64,000 bases of DNA, taken from positions 7,169 to 71,168 of the forward strand of contig CAZIPM010000006.1 of the NCBI GenBank assembly GCA_964541395.1, given 5' to 3'. The position numbers and the translations under genes are program-made. This DNA comes from an uncultured Gammaproteobacteria bacterium (GTDB lineage Bacteria; Patescibacteriota; Microgenomatia; UBA8517). Below are positions 12,890 to 22,727 of this stretch, piece by piece. Position 1 is the first letter of the stretch. The number at the start of each line of letters is the position of its first letter. Below the pieces are notes generated by a model. That model was not told the DNA's origin. It did no database searches and worked only from the letters and a program-made list of their open reading frames with translations.

Positions 12890-13486
12890 ATGAACAAAAA
12901 GTTATTAATCATCATTAGTATATTAATTCTTCTGGTTGTTGGGGGAGTAGTAGCTGCAACTCAAAGTAAAAAAATAGGTGATGAATCAACAACTGCTCCA
13001 ATTAATAACATTCAAAATGACGAATCGGCCGAGCAACCCGGTTCTTTAAAAGACTTAATCAAAAATAATGTTTCACAAAGCTGTTCCTACGATCAGGTTG
13101 GTGAAAATCCGATAAGTGGTACCATTTATACATCAGCTGGTAAAGTAAAGGCTGATTACAGCTCAGTTGTCGAAGATAAAACAATTAATTCACACATGCT
13201 CTTTCAAGATAATATTTCATATATTTGGACCGATGAACAAAAAACAGGTTACAAAACTGAGATAGACCCCAATGAAGTAACCGAAAACGCAAATGGTTCT
13301 TTTGATATGAATGCAGATTTAAATTACAATTGCATGCCGTGGGTAGCAAATCCAAGTGTTTTTACATTGCCTACCGATGTTGAATTTGTAAATCTAAAAG
13401 ACCAACTTTCCACGCAGTGTTCAGTTTGTAATAATCTAACAGGAGATTCCAAAACTCAATGCCTGACGGCTCTAAAGTGTAATTAG
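12890..13486 (+). CDS. secreted or membrane-anchored Cys-containing hypothetical protein
   Basis: 198 aa. N-terminal hydrophobic anchor (LLIIISILILLVVGGVVAA) and 8 Cys in the mature part. Confidence 0.4.
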   Translation: MNKKLLIIISILILLVVGGVVAATQSKKIGDESTTAPINNIQNDESAEQPGSLKDLIKNNVSQSCSYDQVGENPISGTIYTSAGKVKADYSSVVEDKTINSHMLFQDNISYIWTDEQKTGYKTEIDPNEVTENANGSFDMNADLNYNCMPWVANPSVFTLPTDVEFVNLKDQLSTQCSVCNNLTGDSKTQCLTALKCN

Positions 13487-14601
13487 TTCCAACCCATCTC
13501 ATCGTAAGTCATTACAGGCGGTAAGTCATTTAGACCCAATTGTTTTCTCCAATATGTCTCGGCAGCTATTTTATCGTCAGAAATTCCAACAAATTTATCT
13601 AATAAGATCTTTCTCATTCCTAGATTTTGTTGAAGGGAATGTAAGTAGGCTTGAATTAATATATAAGTTTCCATATCCATGTTGAACTTAATTTCAACAT
13701 TGGAAAATGGTAATTTTCCTGAAAATTCTTTATTGCGTAAGGCAGGTTGGTAAAGTGCTTGGATCATTGTGGGAGCGACTTCTTTTTGAAGATCACCTAA
13801 TCGATTAAATATTCTCAATTCTTCACAAAGTGCAAAGAATTCTATTAATACAATCTCGGTTTTACCAATTTCGGAAGAACCACGTGACCTACTGGAATAA
13901 TGGAAATCGTGGCCACGCTCATGAGCAATGCTTAATAAAATGTCTGAGGCAGATTCCGAAGATGGGATCTGATTTGGTATTATACATAAATTGTAACTAT
14001 TTTCACCATGCATCATGGTAAATCCTGTTTTTAAAAAATCTTTTTGTTCACTAGTATTTAATTCTTGATCAGATATAAGGATCCGGTCTGTTTTTGTCAT
14101 TTTTCTAAACCATTCTAAACAAATTTCAAGTTCGTTATTTCCAGATACTCCAAATTTTTTAACTAACCGTTCCCATTCTTCATCGTCTCTTTTAGTCAAA
14201 GTTTCATTTAATTCTGCTTTTGAATCTTCATTCGATACGCTATCTAGATCATAGGCTTTTAAAAATAATCGTCTTGAATGATTATTGGTCGAATATTCAA
14301 CCAGCCAGTCAATCAATATATTTCTAACACCTTCAGATCTCTCCACTTCTACCACTTTCTGTGTTTTTTTTGCAGAGGTTGATGAATGGTTAGCCGCTGA
14401 TTCAATTTGTTTTGAAACTAAGCCATAAACATATAACCATCTGTCCTGGGCACCATCCAACAAAAACTCTTCTGCCATCTTCAGTCTATTATCAGGATTT
14501 TTTTCTTCAATATATTGATCCAAGAATCGACCAGAATTTTTTGTTTCTATAATTGCTTTAGAATCTTCCATTTTATTTTCCTCTGCCGTGAAATGTCTCA
14601 T
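13483..14601 (-). CDS. hypothetical protein with HExxH motif (possible zinc metallopeptidase)
   Basis: 372 aa. HERGH at about residue 217 is the only recognisable motif; otherwise an orphan. Confidence 0.4.
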   Translation of the reverse strand: MRHFTAEENKMEDSKAIIETKNSGRFLDQYIEEKNPDNRLKMAEEFLLDGAQDRWLYVYGLVSKQIESAANHSSTSAKKTQKVVEVERSEGVRNILIDWLVEYSTNNHSRRLFLKAYDLDSVSNEDSKAELNETLTKRDDEEWERLVKKFGVSGNNELEICLEWFRKMTKTDRILISDQELNTSEQKDFLKTGFTMMHGENSYNLCIIPNQIPSSESASDILLSIAHERGHDFHYSSRSRGSSEIGKTEIVLIEFFALCEELRIFNRLGDLQKEVAPTMIQALYQPALRNKEFSGKLPFSNVEIKFNMDMETYILIQAYLHSLQQNLGMRKILLDKFVGISDDKIAAETYWRKQLGLNDLPPVMTYDEMGWN

Positions 14602-15505
14602 GGATGTCTTTCAGTTGCTTATTGGTAACATGCGTGTATATTTGTGTAGTTGAAATATTCTTATGTCCCAACATTTCCTGGACACTTCTTATATCTGCAC
14701 CGGCCACAAGTAAATCAGTAGCATAACTATGGCGGATCGTATGTGGTGTAGCTTCAACTGGAAGCTTTATCTTTCTGACATATTTTTTTAAGACCCTTTC
14801 AATCGATCGGGGAGAGAGTCTCATCTTTTCACCTGGTGTAGTAGGATCAATTTTCCCTTTATGTCGAATGAAAACCGGTTGATAATGGTCTTTTCGTACG
14901 TCTAGATATTTTTTTAAGTATTCTGCAGACCTAGAAGAAAGAAAAACCACCCTAGCTCTTCCTCCTTTACCAATTATTCCGAATTCACGCCTGTTTAAAT
15001 CAATTTTATCTATATTTAATGAAACCAATTCAGAGACACGTAGTCCTGTAGAAAATAAAACTTCCAATATGGCTTTATCGCGTATTCCCTGGATAGTAGA
15101 AAGTGATGGAGCATTTAAAAGTCTGTCAATCTGCTCACCGTTTAAAAATTTAACCTGTCTATCCTCAATTTTTGGTAGATCAATTTTGTCTGGTGCCATA
15201 ACTTGAAAATCGTTTTTGATAAGCCACTTTAAGAATGACCGGAGTGCAATCGCATGGTAGCCTTGAGTTTTTCTGGCAAGACCCAATTTAGTCAAGAAAA
15301 GTCTGAAATCGTGGACTATGTCCTGATTGATGTCTTTGACTCCCATTTCTTTATGGTGGGATATAAGCCATTCAACCAACCTTCCTAAGTAATGTCTGTA
15401 ATTTCTGATTGTTAGGGGAGAGGAGCCTTTTTCAACCGAAAGATAATCAAGAAATTCATTTATCTTTTTGGCAATTTCGGAATTATTACCAATGGCAGTA
15501 GGCAT
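14573..15505 (-). CDS. xerD: tyrosine site-specific recombinase, XerC/XerD family
   Basis: 310 aa. N-terminal core-binding domain, C-terminal catalytic residues R..HxxR..Y (HTIRHSYATDLL, LGHKNISTTQIYTHV). Overlaps the upstream gene by 29 bp. Confidence 0.85.
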   Translation of the reverse strand: MPTAIGNNSEIAKKINEFLDYLSVEKGSSPLTIRNYRHYLGRLVEWLISHHKEMGVKDINQDIVHDFRLFLTKLGLARKTQGYHAIALRSFLKWLIKNDFQVMAPDKIDLPKIEDRQVKFLNGEQIDRLLNAPSLSTIQGIRDKAILEVLFSTGLRVSELVSLNIDKIDLNRREFGIIGKGGRARVVFLSSRSAEYLKKYLDVRKDHYQPVFIRHKGKIDPTTPGEKMRLSPRSIERVLKKYVRKIKLPVEATPHTIRHSYATDLLVAGADIRSVQEMLGHKNISTTQIYTHVTNKQLKDIHETFHGRGK

Positions 15506-15606
15506 TAAAAATAATAATACTAAACATGGGAAGAAGTGTCAATATTGTACGACACTATTGTTAAATTGAAGAGTTTTAGCTAAAAGGATATAATCCAAAT
15601 ATAAAG

Positions 15607-17211
15607 ATGGTTCCAACCCTTGCTAAGTTCTATTCCTCATTTAAAAGTGTTGATTACTCTTCATTTTTTTCAAACAGATTTGAGATGACAAGACTATTTG
15701 ATTCCAGCGCGGAAAAAAGACTTATTGCTTTTATAAAAAGTTATTTAATGCGACATGTTTATAAAGAAGAACTGATTGCAACTACCTACTTCGAATCTTT
15801 TTTAGAAAGTGATATCAACAAAAGTTCTGTCTTGCGGTTTCGTCAAAGATGTAAATTTGAATCAAGAAATAAAAAGGTCTATTATCCAAAGTTTTGGACT
15901 TTATCAGGTTCAGGTAATCTCGAATTAAAATTTAAATATAAAAAGAGAAATTATGTAACTAAATACGGAACATATTTGTCTTCGAAAAGGGGCTCTGATC
16001 TTTACAAATTGTTCAAATTAATTAGGACAACTCCGTTTCCATCGAATAAAGTCAAGGCTTTTATAGATAAATTAAATAATATTCAAATTGCTAACTATTC
16101 CAGAAATAAATCGGCTCCTAGTTTACTTACATTCGAAAAATTATTAAAAGTAATAGGACATTTTACTCCTCAAATAACCAGAGTTTGTTTAAGAAAAACA
16201 TTTGAATCAATTAAAAATCCTGTTATTAAAGTTACCCTGGAGTCAAAACCCGCCTTCTATCCTTATCCTGTTGAACATAGATCTAATCAAAAAAATCGTT
16301 CTTACTCAAAATATCGAGCACAAATTGCAGAAGTATCTAAACTTATAAAAATTGAGTTTAAAAGCAAGGTAAAAGATGAAGTTTTAAAAATGGACGATTT
16401 AATTGCTAAGCAATTTAGAAATAATCTACTTATTACGGGCTCTGAAACAACGACTTCATATCCCAAAATGATTGTAGAGGCATCCAAGAATTATGGATCA
16501 ATGTCAGTAGAGAACCCTAAAAATGAGATTGAAATTAAGGCAAATATAATTGGTAACCCAGACTTAAAAAAACTTATTAAAAAACTTTGGCAAGAATTTC
16601 TTTCAAAAAACAAGTCGCCGTATAATCTATTTATTACAGATCCTTTAATCTCAATTAGGGGATATGGGGAGTTAAACAGGACAATAATTGGTTGGAAAGA
16701 CGACAAAGGGTGGCATGAAATAGTAACGAAAATCAAGCTCAACAAAGAAGGGGTAAAGGAAAATGGATTTGAAACAATTCTTAAATGGAAAACGGACGAC
16801 AAGAGTTCAAACAACAAGGTACTAAGACGAAAGACAAATTATGTCTATATGCAAAAAGATATAAGTGTATCAGAATTAATAAACTTAGCTAATCAAAAGA
16901 TAAATAAGAAACTTCGTATCATAGGCATTCTTAAAAAAATAAAGTATAGAATTATTATACAAGACGTAGACGGCAGAAATTTTGTAGTATCTCTAGACAA
17001 GACACTTTCTCTTAACTCACTTAAGTCGCTCAAGCAACTGGAAATTGAGTATTATCATACTGTATTAATAGATCATAAACCTGGAATAACTTTAGAACAT
17101 GCCTGCCACAAATGTTATAAATATATTACAAAAATATTATTAAAACATGGAGTTCAAGTAACCAAAACATCTCAGAGAAAAATTGATTTTGCAGGAGATA
17201 ATAACAATTAA
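15607..17211 (+). CDS. orphan lysine/arginine-rich 534-aa protein (possible nucleic-acid-binding protein)
   Basis: Long intact ORF, very basic (K/R/N-rich), no recognisable catalytic motif. Adjacent to the recombinase gene. Confidence 0.5.
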   Translation: MVPTLAKFYSSFKSVDYSSFFSNRFEMTRLFDSSAEKRLIAFIKSYLMRHVYKEELIATTYFESFLESDINKSSVLRFRQRCKFESRNKKVYYPKFWTLSGSGNLELKFKYKKRNYVTKYGTYLSSKRGSDLYKLFKLIRTTPFPSNKVKAFIDKLNNIQIANYSRNKSAPSLLTFEKLLKVIGHFTPQITRVCLRKTFESIKNPVIKVTLESKPAFYPYPVEHRSNQKNRSYSKYRAQIAEVSKLIKIEFKSKVKDEVLKMDDLIAKQFRNNLLITGSETTTSYPKMIVEASKNYGSMSVENPKNEIEIKANIIGNPDLKKLIKKLWQEFLSKNKSPYNLFITDPLISIRGYGELNRTIIGWKDDKGWHEIVTKIKLNKEGVKENGFETILKWKTDDKSSNNKVLRRKTNYVYMQKDISVSELINLANQKINKKLRIIGILKKIKYRIIIQDVDGRNFVVSLDKTLSLNSLKSLKQLEIEYYHTVLIDHKPGITLEHACHKCYKYITKILLKHGVQVTKTSQRKIDFAGDNNN

Positions 17212-17273
17212 TCTGAGAGTAGATGTTCGGCAAGGTTAATTCTATATTGAACCACCATTTATATTTTTTATGC

Positions 17274-17966
17274 CTATGCATTGTAAACATTTTTCCATAA
17301 GCTCATATCAGGAATCTCAATTACCCTTTCTTCACCAGAGAATGACCCCCTTTCAGAACTTCTTGGAAACAATATTACACTTGCATCAGAATAAGACAAG
17401 ACAGCTTGAGCTGAATCTACTGCATCTTCCAAATGTACTTCCGCTCCTAATGCATCAATTATAATTCCCTTAAATACGTTTTTTGGTGTCTTTAGCCCGC
17501 CGCGAATGTAAACTGAGTCTAATGGAATCCATGGATAATGTATTTTTATCCAATCTAGTGTTTGTTCGCGTAATCCGGGAATTCTGGTAGAAACTATAGT
17601 CTGTATGACTCCATTTTCATGAGCTCTTTCAGAATATCTTTGAATTTCCAATATAGGCATTGCTTTCATTAAGACGCTAGGATTCTCCCAAATTGGTTTT
17701 TCTATAACAGCTGCCTCTTCAAATGACATTGATCCTTCCCGCGCGGCACGATGGCTTAAAGCCAACCACCTATCAATTGGGGAACCTCTATAATCTAACC
17801 CCGTTTGCCGAAAAAATTCCTCTACAACAGGGGTTTCTGATGCACACATTATCTGGTCAAAATCTAAATTCACTCTCACGACTTTAAACTCAAACAATTT
17901 CCTTAAAAGAGAAGCTTGCGTATTGCTCAGAGTTTCAGCAAATACAGACCAACAATATTCTGGCAT
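17274..17966 (-). CDS. hypothetical protein
   Basis: 230-aa intact ORF; no confidently recognisable domain. Confidence 0.45.
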   Translation of the reverse strand: MPEYCWSVFAETLSNTQASLLRKLFEFKVVRVNLDFDQIMCASETPVVEEFFRQTGLDYRGSPIDRWLALSHRAAREGSMSFEEAAVIEKPIWENPSVLMKAMPILEIQRYSERAHENGVIQTIVSTRIPGLREQTLDWIKIHYPWIPLDSVYIRGGLKTPKNVFKGIIIDALGAEVHLEDAVDSAQAVLSYSDASVILFPRSSERGSFSGEERVIEIPDMSLWKNVYNA

Positions 17967-18158
17967 GACCGTATACTAATCGATAATCCATTTTTTGCAA
18001 CATGTAATAAAATGTAACTAACATATCACAAAATCAATTTAAAGGAAGGCTTGATCTAAAAGTCATATGAGTTAGTCGAATTTTGTCCAATAATACGGCA
18101 ATATATCTAAAATGAATTTATAAATTGACCGTAGTAACCAAATTGAGTTCGAACAGGG

Positions 18159-18683
18159 TTAGTTTAGTGGTAAATAACCATGTATCTGCCTTGGGTGCAT
18201 ATAATCGGTTAATAAACTGACTACCAAATTCGCAAAAGATACAAAAAGCAAAGTCTCTTTAGGATCTAAAATTTCATTACTACCGGTCCCATGATTTACA
18301 CTAGCATGTTCGAAAACAATATTTCGTTGTTCATCATTAAAATTAAGTTCGTAGTTAAAACGGTTTAACTCAATATAATCACCAATCTGGGCATCCATCA
18401 GAAAAATAAGTTTGCATCGATTATTTACCTTTTCAATTTTCAAACTTTCAACAATAAATCTTATATCTTGAATATTTAAACCCAATTTAATTTCAATATC
18501 AGAATTCCACAGAACCCAACCCTCAATTAAGCTGGAATTGGGCAAAAGCTGTATAAATCTTGATAAATTATCAGCAATCTTTTTACCTTGTTTTTCAATT
18601 AATTGTTCTAAATCTGAATCAGTATCTGACATTTTGAAATACTTAGCCAATTCATTCCGTGTGTCTTCAATTTCAATTAACAT
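18159..18683 (-). CDS. hypothetical protein
   Basis: 174-aa ORF, acidic; no recognisable domain. Confidence 0.4.
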   Translation of the reverse strand: MLIEIEDTRNELAKYFKMSDTDSDLEQLIEKQGKKIADNLSRFIQLLPNSSLIEGWVLWNSDIEIKLGLNIQDIRFIVESLKIEKVNNRCKLIFLMDAQIGDYIELNRFNYELNFNDEQRNIVFEHASVNHGTGSNEILDPKETLLFVSFANLVVSLLTDYMHPRQIHGYLPLN

Positions 18684-19613
18684 GGCTAGATAATACAGTA
18701 CAATTTATAATAAAACCATTTTTTCACGGTGTACAGGTTAATAGGGGAGGAGAGTAGTATTTTAGATATATATATAAAAAAACCTATAGTTTTGTATTTG
18801 CGAAATAGAATAATAATTTTTTTCATTTTATAAATTTTTTAGATAATTTTTATTTTTTATAAAAAATCTTTTTTCTCAAAATAATAGTGTTATTTTTTTC
18901 AACCAAATCGTTTATGATATTATGCTTTTAGATTTTCTTAATTAAACAATTTTTAGATTTCTCGGAAAATATTATAATTGAATAATTTAATTATTATTTT
19001 CTTAATTCTTAACTATAAATTTTTGCATAAACCGACCTTCTGTAATCGATTTTAAAGCCTGTCCAGAACGAAAGACATATATCTAGTTATCTATTGTTTA
19101 TCCCAATGTTTCGGGTTATTCATAATACTGATAATTTATTAAAATGACTCCCCTTAAAAATAAACATTGGGGAAGTTGATCTATAGATACAGGCATAAAC
19201 TGATAGATACAAGTTAAAGATATAAATGTCTAGTAAAGACCATAAAAACTTTTATTTATACTGTGTAATTTATATAGGCATAAGAAGTTTTAAAGAAATG
19301 CACGTTAACTGCACCACTCCTCAACAAAATACTATACGTCGCAAAAGTATTATTGTACGACTTTATATACTTAAGCAACATTAGACAGTTACTGATAAGA
19401 GAATTGTTGTCTCACCGACACTGATACTCTGAAGAATCCTTTTATATTTTAAGCGGTAATAACAAGACATGTCTCTTCCGGAATTACTTGCAGGAACTTA
19501 TCCACAACTTAACTTGTTATGTATCACACTATATCATTTCGTGAAAACTTATAATACGTCGTGAAATATAACCCTATAATTATAGGGTAGTGAGATACTC
19601 CACTCCTCCCCCA

Positions 19614-20381
19614 TTAACCCCAGTGGGTAGCAAAAAACATTCCCATAAGCACAATTATGCCTAAAGTAAAATACTCTCTGAGCGTTGTTGGAAATAATCT
19701 TTCTTCTAACTTTGCCTGACCTAAACCTAAAAGCAGGTATACTCCAGATGTTAAAAAAAGTGAACCTACAACTACCGTTACAGGCCAGAAAAATATTAGA
19801 GCAGAAAGTTCCGTTAAAACCAATGAAGATATTAAAGTAATTATAAAAAGATTGTTAGTCAAATTCTTTTTTAATTCAATAGACCAAAATCCTTGAAAAA
19901 AAAGAAGAAATGATGAAACAAAATATAATGGTAAAGTCACATAAACAGGCTGTCTTAGTGAAAAAATAGCGTCAAACAAAAGAAATGAGGTAAGAAGCGT
20001 CAAAACAAAACCTACTCCCCTTGCCGCTCTTAAAAGTGCAATATTTTTGAAAGCTGAAACCGAATATATATTCATTGTCAAACAAAGTACATATATACCC
20101 GCCGCAAAAAATATTACAATTGGAATCCTGGTAAATAGATTTGCTGGTAACAAAAACCAAAAAAGACCTACTCCCAAAGTAAATAATGCAGGTAAAAGAA
20201 GAGTTGTTAAGGTCATGTTTCTTTCCAAACCTTCCTTCAGAGACACAAAAAAAAGTATTATTGTGAGAATGATTAGTCCTATCATTGCATAAAATTTATA
20301 GGCTCCTTCAATGTATTGAATACCCAAAAGCCCTACTGAAAGTATGAGTGAAGTAATTATAAAACGGGTTCTTTTGCTCAT
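19614..20381 (-). CDS. polytopic integral membrane protein of unknown function
   Basis: 255 aa with at least 7 hydrophobic segments. Confidence 0.5.
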   Translation of the reverse strand: MSKRTRFIITSLILSVGLLGIQYIEGAYKFYAMIGLIILTIILFFVSLKEGLERNMTLTTLLLPALFTLGVGLFWFLLPANLFTRIPIVIFFAAGIYVLCLTMNIYSVSAFKNIALLRAARGVGFVLTLLTSFLLFDAIFSLRQPVYVTLPLYFVSSFLLFFQGFWSIELKKNLTNNLFIITLISSLVLTELSALIFFWPVTVVVGSLFLTSGVYLLLGLGQAKLEERLFPTTLREYFTLGIIVLMGMFFATHWG

Positions 20382-20443
20382 TGGAAAAAAATAAATATAT
20401 TTTTAAAAATTTTTATAAATCAAATTGTTTTTTTTGCGAATAT

Positions 20444-21154
20444 TTAAAAATTAGAAAATACTCGCTGGACATCATCATGGTCTTCAAAACTTTCCAAAAA
20501 GTGCGTAGCCTTTTCAATTTGAGGGGTGTCCGTTAGTTCTATCAGGTTTTTGGGGATTAAAGTAAGTTCCATTTTCAATACTTTAAAACCGGCTGCTTTA
20601 ATTTTTTTCATGATTTCTTTTAATTGATCAGGTTTGGTGTATACTTCCAAACCGTCATCTTTATCCTCAATGTCTTCAACTCCCAAATCAATCAAGGTTA
20701 AGGTCTGTCTTTCAACATCTTTTGTCTTTTCCAAAAGCAGAAAGCCCTTATGTTCGAAATTATATAAAACGGAATTTGGTCCGCCTAATGATCCCCCACC
20801 CTTTTCAAAAATATTTTTCATTTCCTGAGCGGTTCGATTTTTATTGTCAGTCGCTGTTTCTACAATAACACCTATACCGTAAGGGCCGAAACCTTCATAA
20901 TTTATCTCTTCGATACTGTCTGCCTTCTCGGCAGCCGTTTTTAGGATTCGGTCAATGTTATCCTTGGGCATACTGTTTTCTTTGGCTTTATCAATCGCTA
21001 CCCTTAATTTGAAATTGGTATCAGGGTTTGCGTTTCCACCTGATTTAATAGCAATGGAAATCATTTTCGAAAGTTTACTGAATAAATTACTTTTAACTGC
21101 ATCTTTTAATCCCTTTTGACGCTTAATTGTAGCAAAATGAGAATGACCTGACAT
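20444..21154 (-). CDS. yebC: YebC/PmpR family DNA-binding transcriptional regulator
   Basis: 236 aa. N-terminus MSGHSHFATIKRQKG is diagnostic of the YebC family. Confidence 0.9.
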   Translation of the reverse strand: MSGHSHFATIKRQKGLKDAVKSNLFSKLSKMISIAIKSGGNANPDTNFKLRVAIDKAKENSMPKDNIDRILKTAAEKADSIEEINYEGFGPYGIGVIVETATDNKNRTAQEMKNIFEKGGGSLGGPNSVLYNFEHKGFLLLEKTKDVERQTLTLIDLGVEDIEDKDDGLEVYTKPDQLKEIMKKIKAAGFKVLKMELTLIPKNLIELTDTPQIEKATHFLESFEDHDDVQRVFSNF

Positions 21155-21213
21155 ACAATTTTACAGTATACAATATTGACAAGCTAATTCCTATCTTTAT
21201 ACTTTTACATTAA

Positions 21214-21912
21214 ATGGACGACTCGCTTGCCCAAGATGCAATTTCAAGCGCATTAACATCTAACTGGAAAGAAGCTATCAGAATTAATCACCTTATAGTG
21301 GAAACCAACCCTAATGATGTAGATGCTCTTAACCGACTCGGCAGAGCATATGCAGAAACCAATCAACTCGCAAGAGCAAAAAAATATGCACACCAAGTAT
21401 TAAAAATTGATCCTTTTAACCCAATAGCACAAAAATCACTTTTAAGGTGGGGGCGTATCAAGTTTAACAGTACATCTCACCTGTCCGATAATTTTGCGAG
21501 GCCGGATACTTTTTTGGAGGAGCCTGGAAAAACAAAGATCGTTAATTTACTTAATCTGGGTAGTAGCAAGGTAGTAGAGTCACTTAATACTGCTGATGAG
21601 GTTAAGATCAAGGCATATACCCACAGGGTTACGGTTACTACCTTGGACGGTAAGTATATCGGAAAACTCCCGGACGATTTGGCCGCAAGACTCAGAACTT
21701 TAGTAAAAGGAGGCAATAAATATTGTGCTTTCATTAAATCGATAGATCCAACCAATTTCAAGATTTTTATAAGGGAAACTTACCGAGGTAAAGATTATTT
21801 GAACACTTCTTCATTCCCTTCTGAAAAAATCGATTACGTTTCATATGCCCCTCCGGAACTGGTCAGTAGTGAAAGACCATTCAAAGGCTCCACAGAAGAT
21901 GAAATAATTTAG
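21214..21912 (+). CDS. TPR-repeat protein with an uncharacterised C-terminal domain
   Basis: 232 aa. N-terminal TPR-like helices (ALNRLGRAYAETNQLARAKKYAHQVLKIDPFNP). Confidence 0.45.
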   Translation: MDDSLAQDAISSALTSNWKEAIRINHLIVETNPNDVDALNRLGRAYAETNQLARAKKYAHQVLKIDPFNPIAQKSLLRWGRIKFNSTSHLSDNFARPDTFLEEPGKTKIVNLLNLGSSKVVESLNTADEVKIKAYTHRVTVTTLDGKYIGKLPDDLAARLRTLVKGGNKYCAFIKSIDPTNFKIFIRETYRGKDYLNTSSFPSEKIDYVSYAPPELVSSERPFKGSTEDEII

Positions 21913-22715
21913 AATCTCTGATTGAAATATTTTCCAATTTTAATCTTAACGCCCGATTCGGTTTCCAACTTGTCGTCATATAAACAATCCAATACTTTGG
22001 CTATTTCTTCTGTAGCATAAATATTTTTGCCGTTCACCAGGCAGTCTATGTCTTTTGATTCAGACCTTGAATAATTTGTAATTTTTGCACCCATTATATT
22101 AAGAACTCTGGAAATGTCCGCTGTGGTTTTATAATTGCCACTGACATCCTCTATTTCAACAGTGGTTAACTTTTCAGTTATTCTGTTATCTGAAAAACCC
22201 GTACTAACATAGAGGGGAAGTTTTGTGGATTCAGCCTTATATTCAGACAAGTTCAGTCTTAAAAGTTTCAATTTATATAATTTTAAAAAAACTTTTTGCA
22301 AAAGTGACAAATTTGAATTATTGTCGTTTTTCCATAAATATACAGGTAAACCATAATTCTTGACTATGGTTTTAGCAACTAAATCACCCTGATACCCTTC
22401 TTTTTCACCTAGTTTCCAAATACTTTGCAACTTATACTCACCTAATCCGTGAGAAACATTAAGCTCAATATCTTCGTCAATCGTGACTTGGTCAATCTGA
22501 TTATATTTTGAATCGACCACAGTCACTACCGCTCCTCCATTATCCGTTTTTTCTACATAAATAAATCTTGTTAGAGTCATTACTTTCCATATAAAAAGAG
22601 CCAGAGATACAACAATTAGAAATATTGTGGAGATAATGATTATGGCTAACAAACGGAAACTTCTCCTACTTTTTTGCTTTTTTAAATTACGTTTTTGTCT
22701 TAATTGTCTTCTCAT
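21909..22715 (-). CDS. membrane-anchored hypothetical protein (possible LytR_C-like C-terminus)
   Basis: 268 aa. Basic N-terminus, one TM, extracytoplasmic domain. Overlaps the upstream gene by 4 bp. Confidence 0.4.
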   Translation of the reverse strand: MRRQLRQKRNLKKQKSRRSFRLLAIIIISTIFLIVVSLALFIWKVMTLTRFIYVEKTDNGGAVVTVVDSKYNQIDQVTIDEDIELNVSHGLGEYKLQSIWKLGEKEGYQGDLVAKTIVKNYGLPVYLWKNDNNSNLSLLQKVFLKLYKLKLLRLNLSEYKAESTKLPLYVSTGFSDNRITEKLTTVEIEDVSGNYKTTADISRVLNIMGAKITNYSRSESKDIDCLVNGKNIYATEEIAKVLDCLYDDKLETESGVKIKIGKYFNQRF

Positions 22716-22727
22716 TCTTAATTTATC

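Noticed and set aside
15539-15566. Candidate dif / Xer recombination site immediately upstream of the xerC/D-like gene (tcaatattgta-cgacac-tattgttaaat; right arm 9/11 to TTATGTTAAAT)
   Set aside because: The two arms form a direct repeat (TATTGT on both sides) rather than an inverted repeat, and the left arm and inner palindromic positions do not match dif architecture. Most likely a chance similarity in AT-rich DNA.
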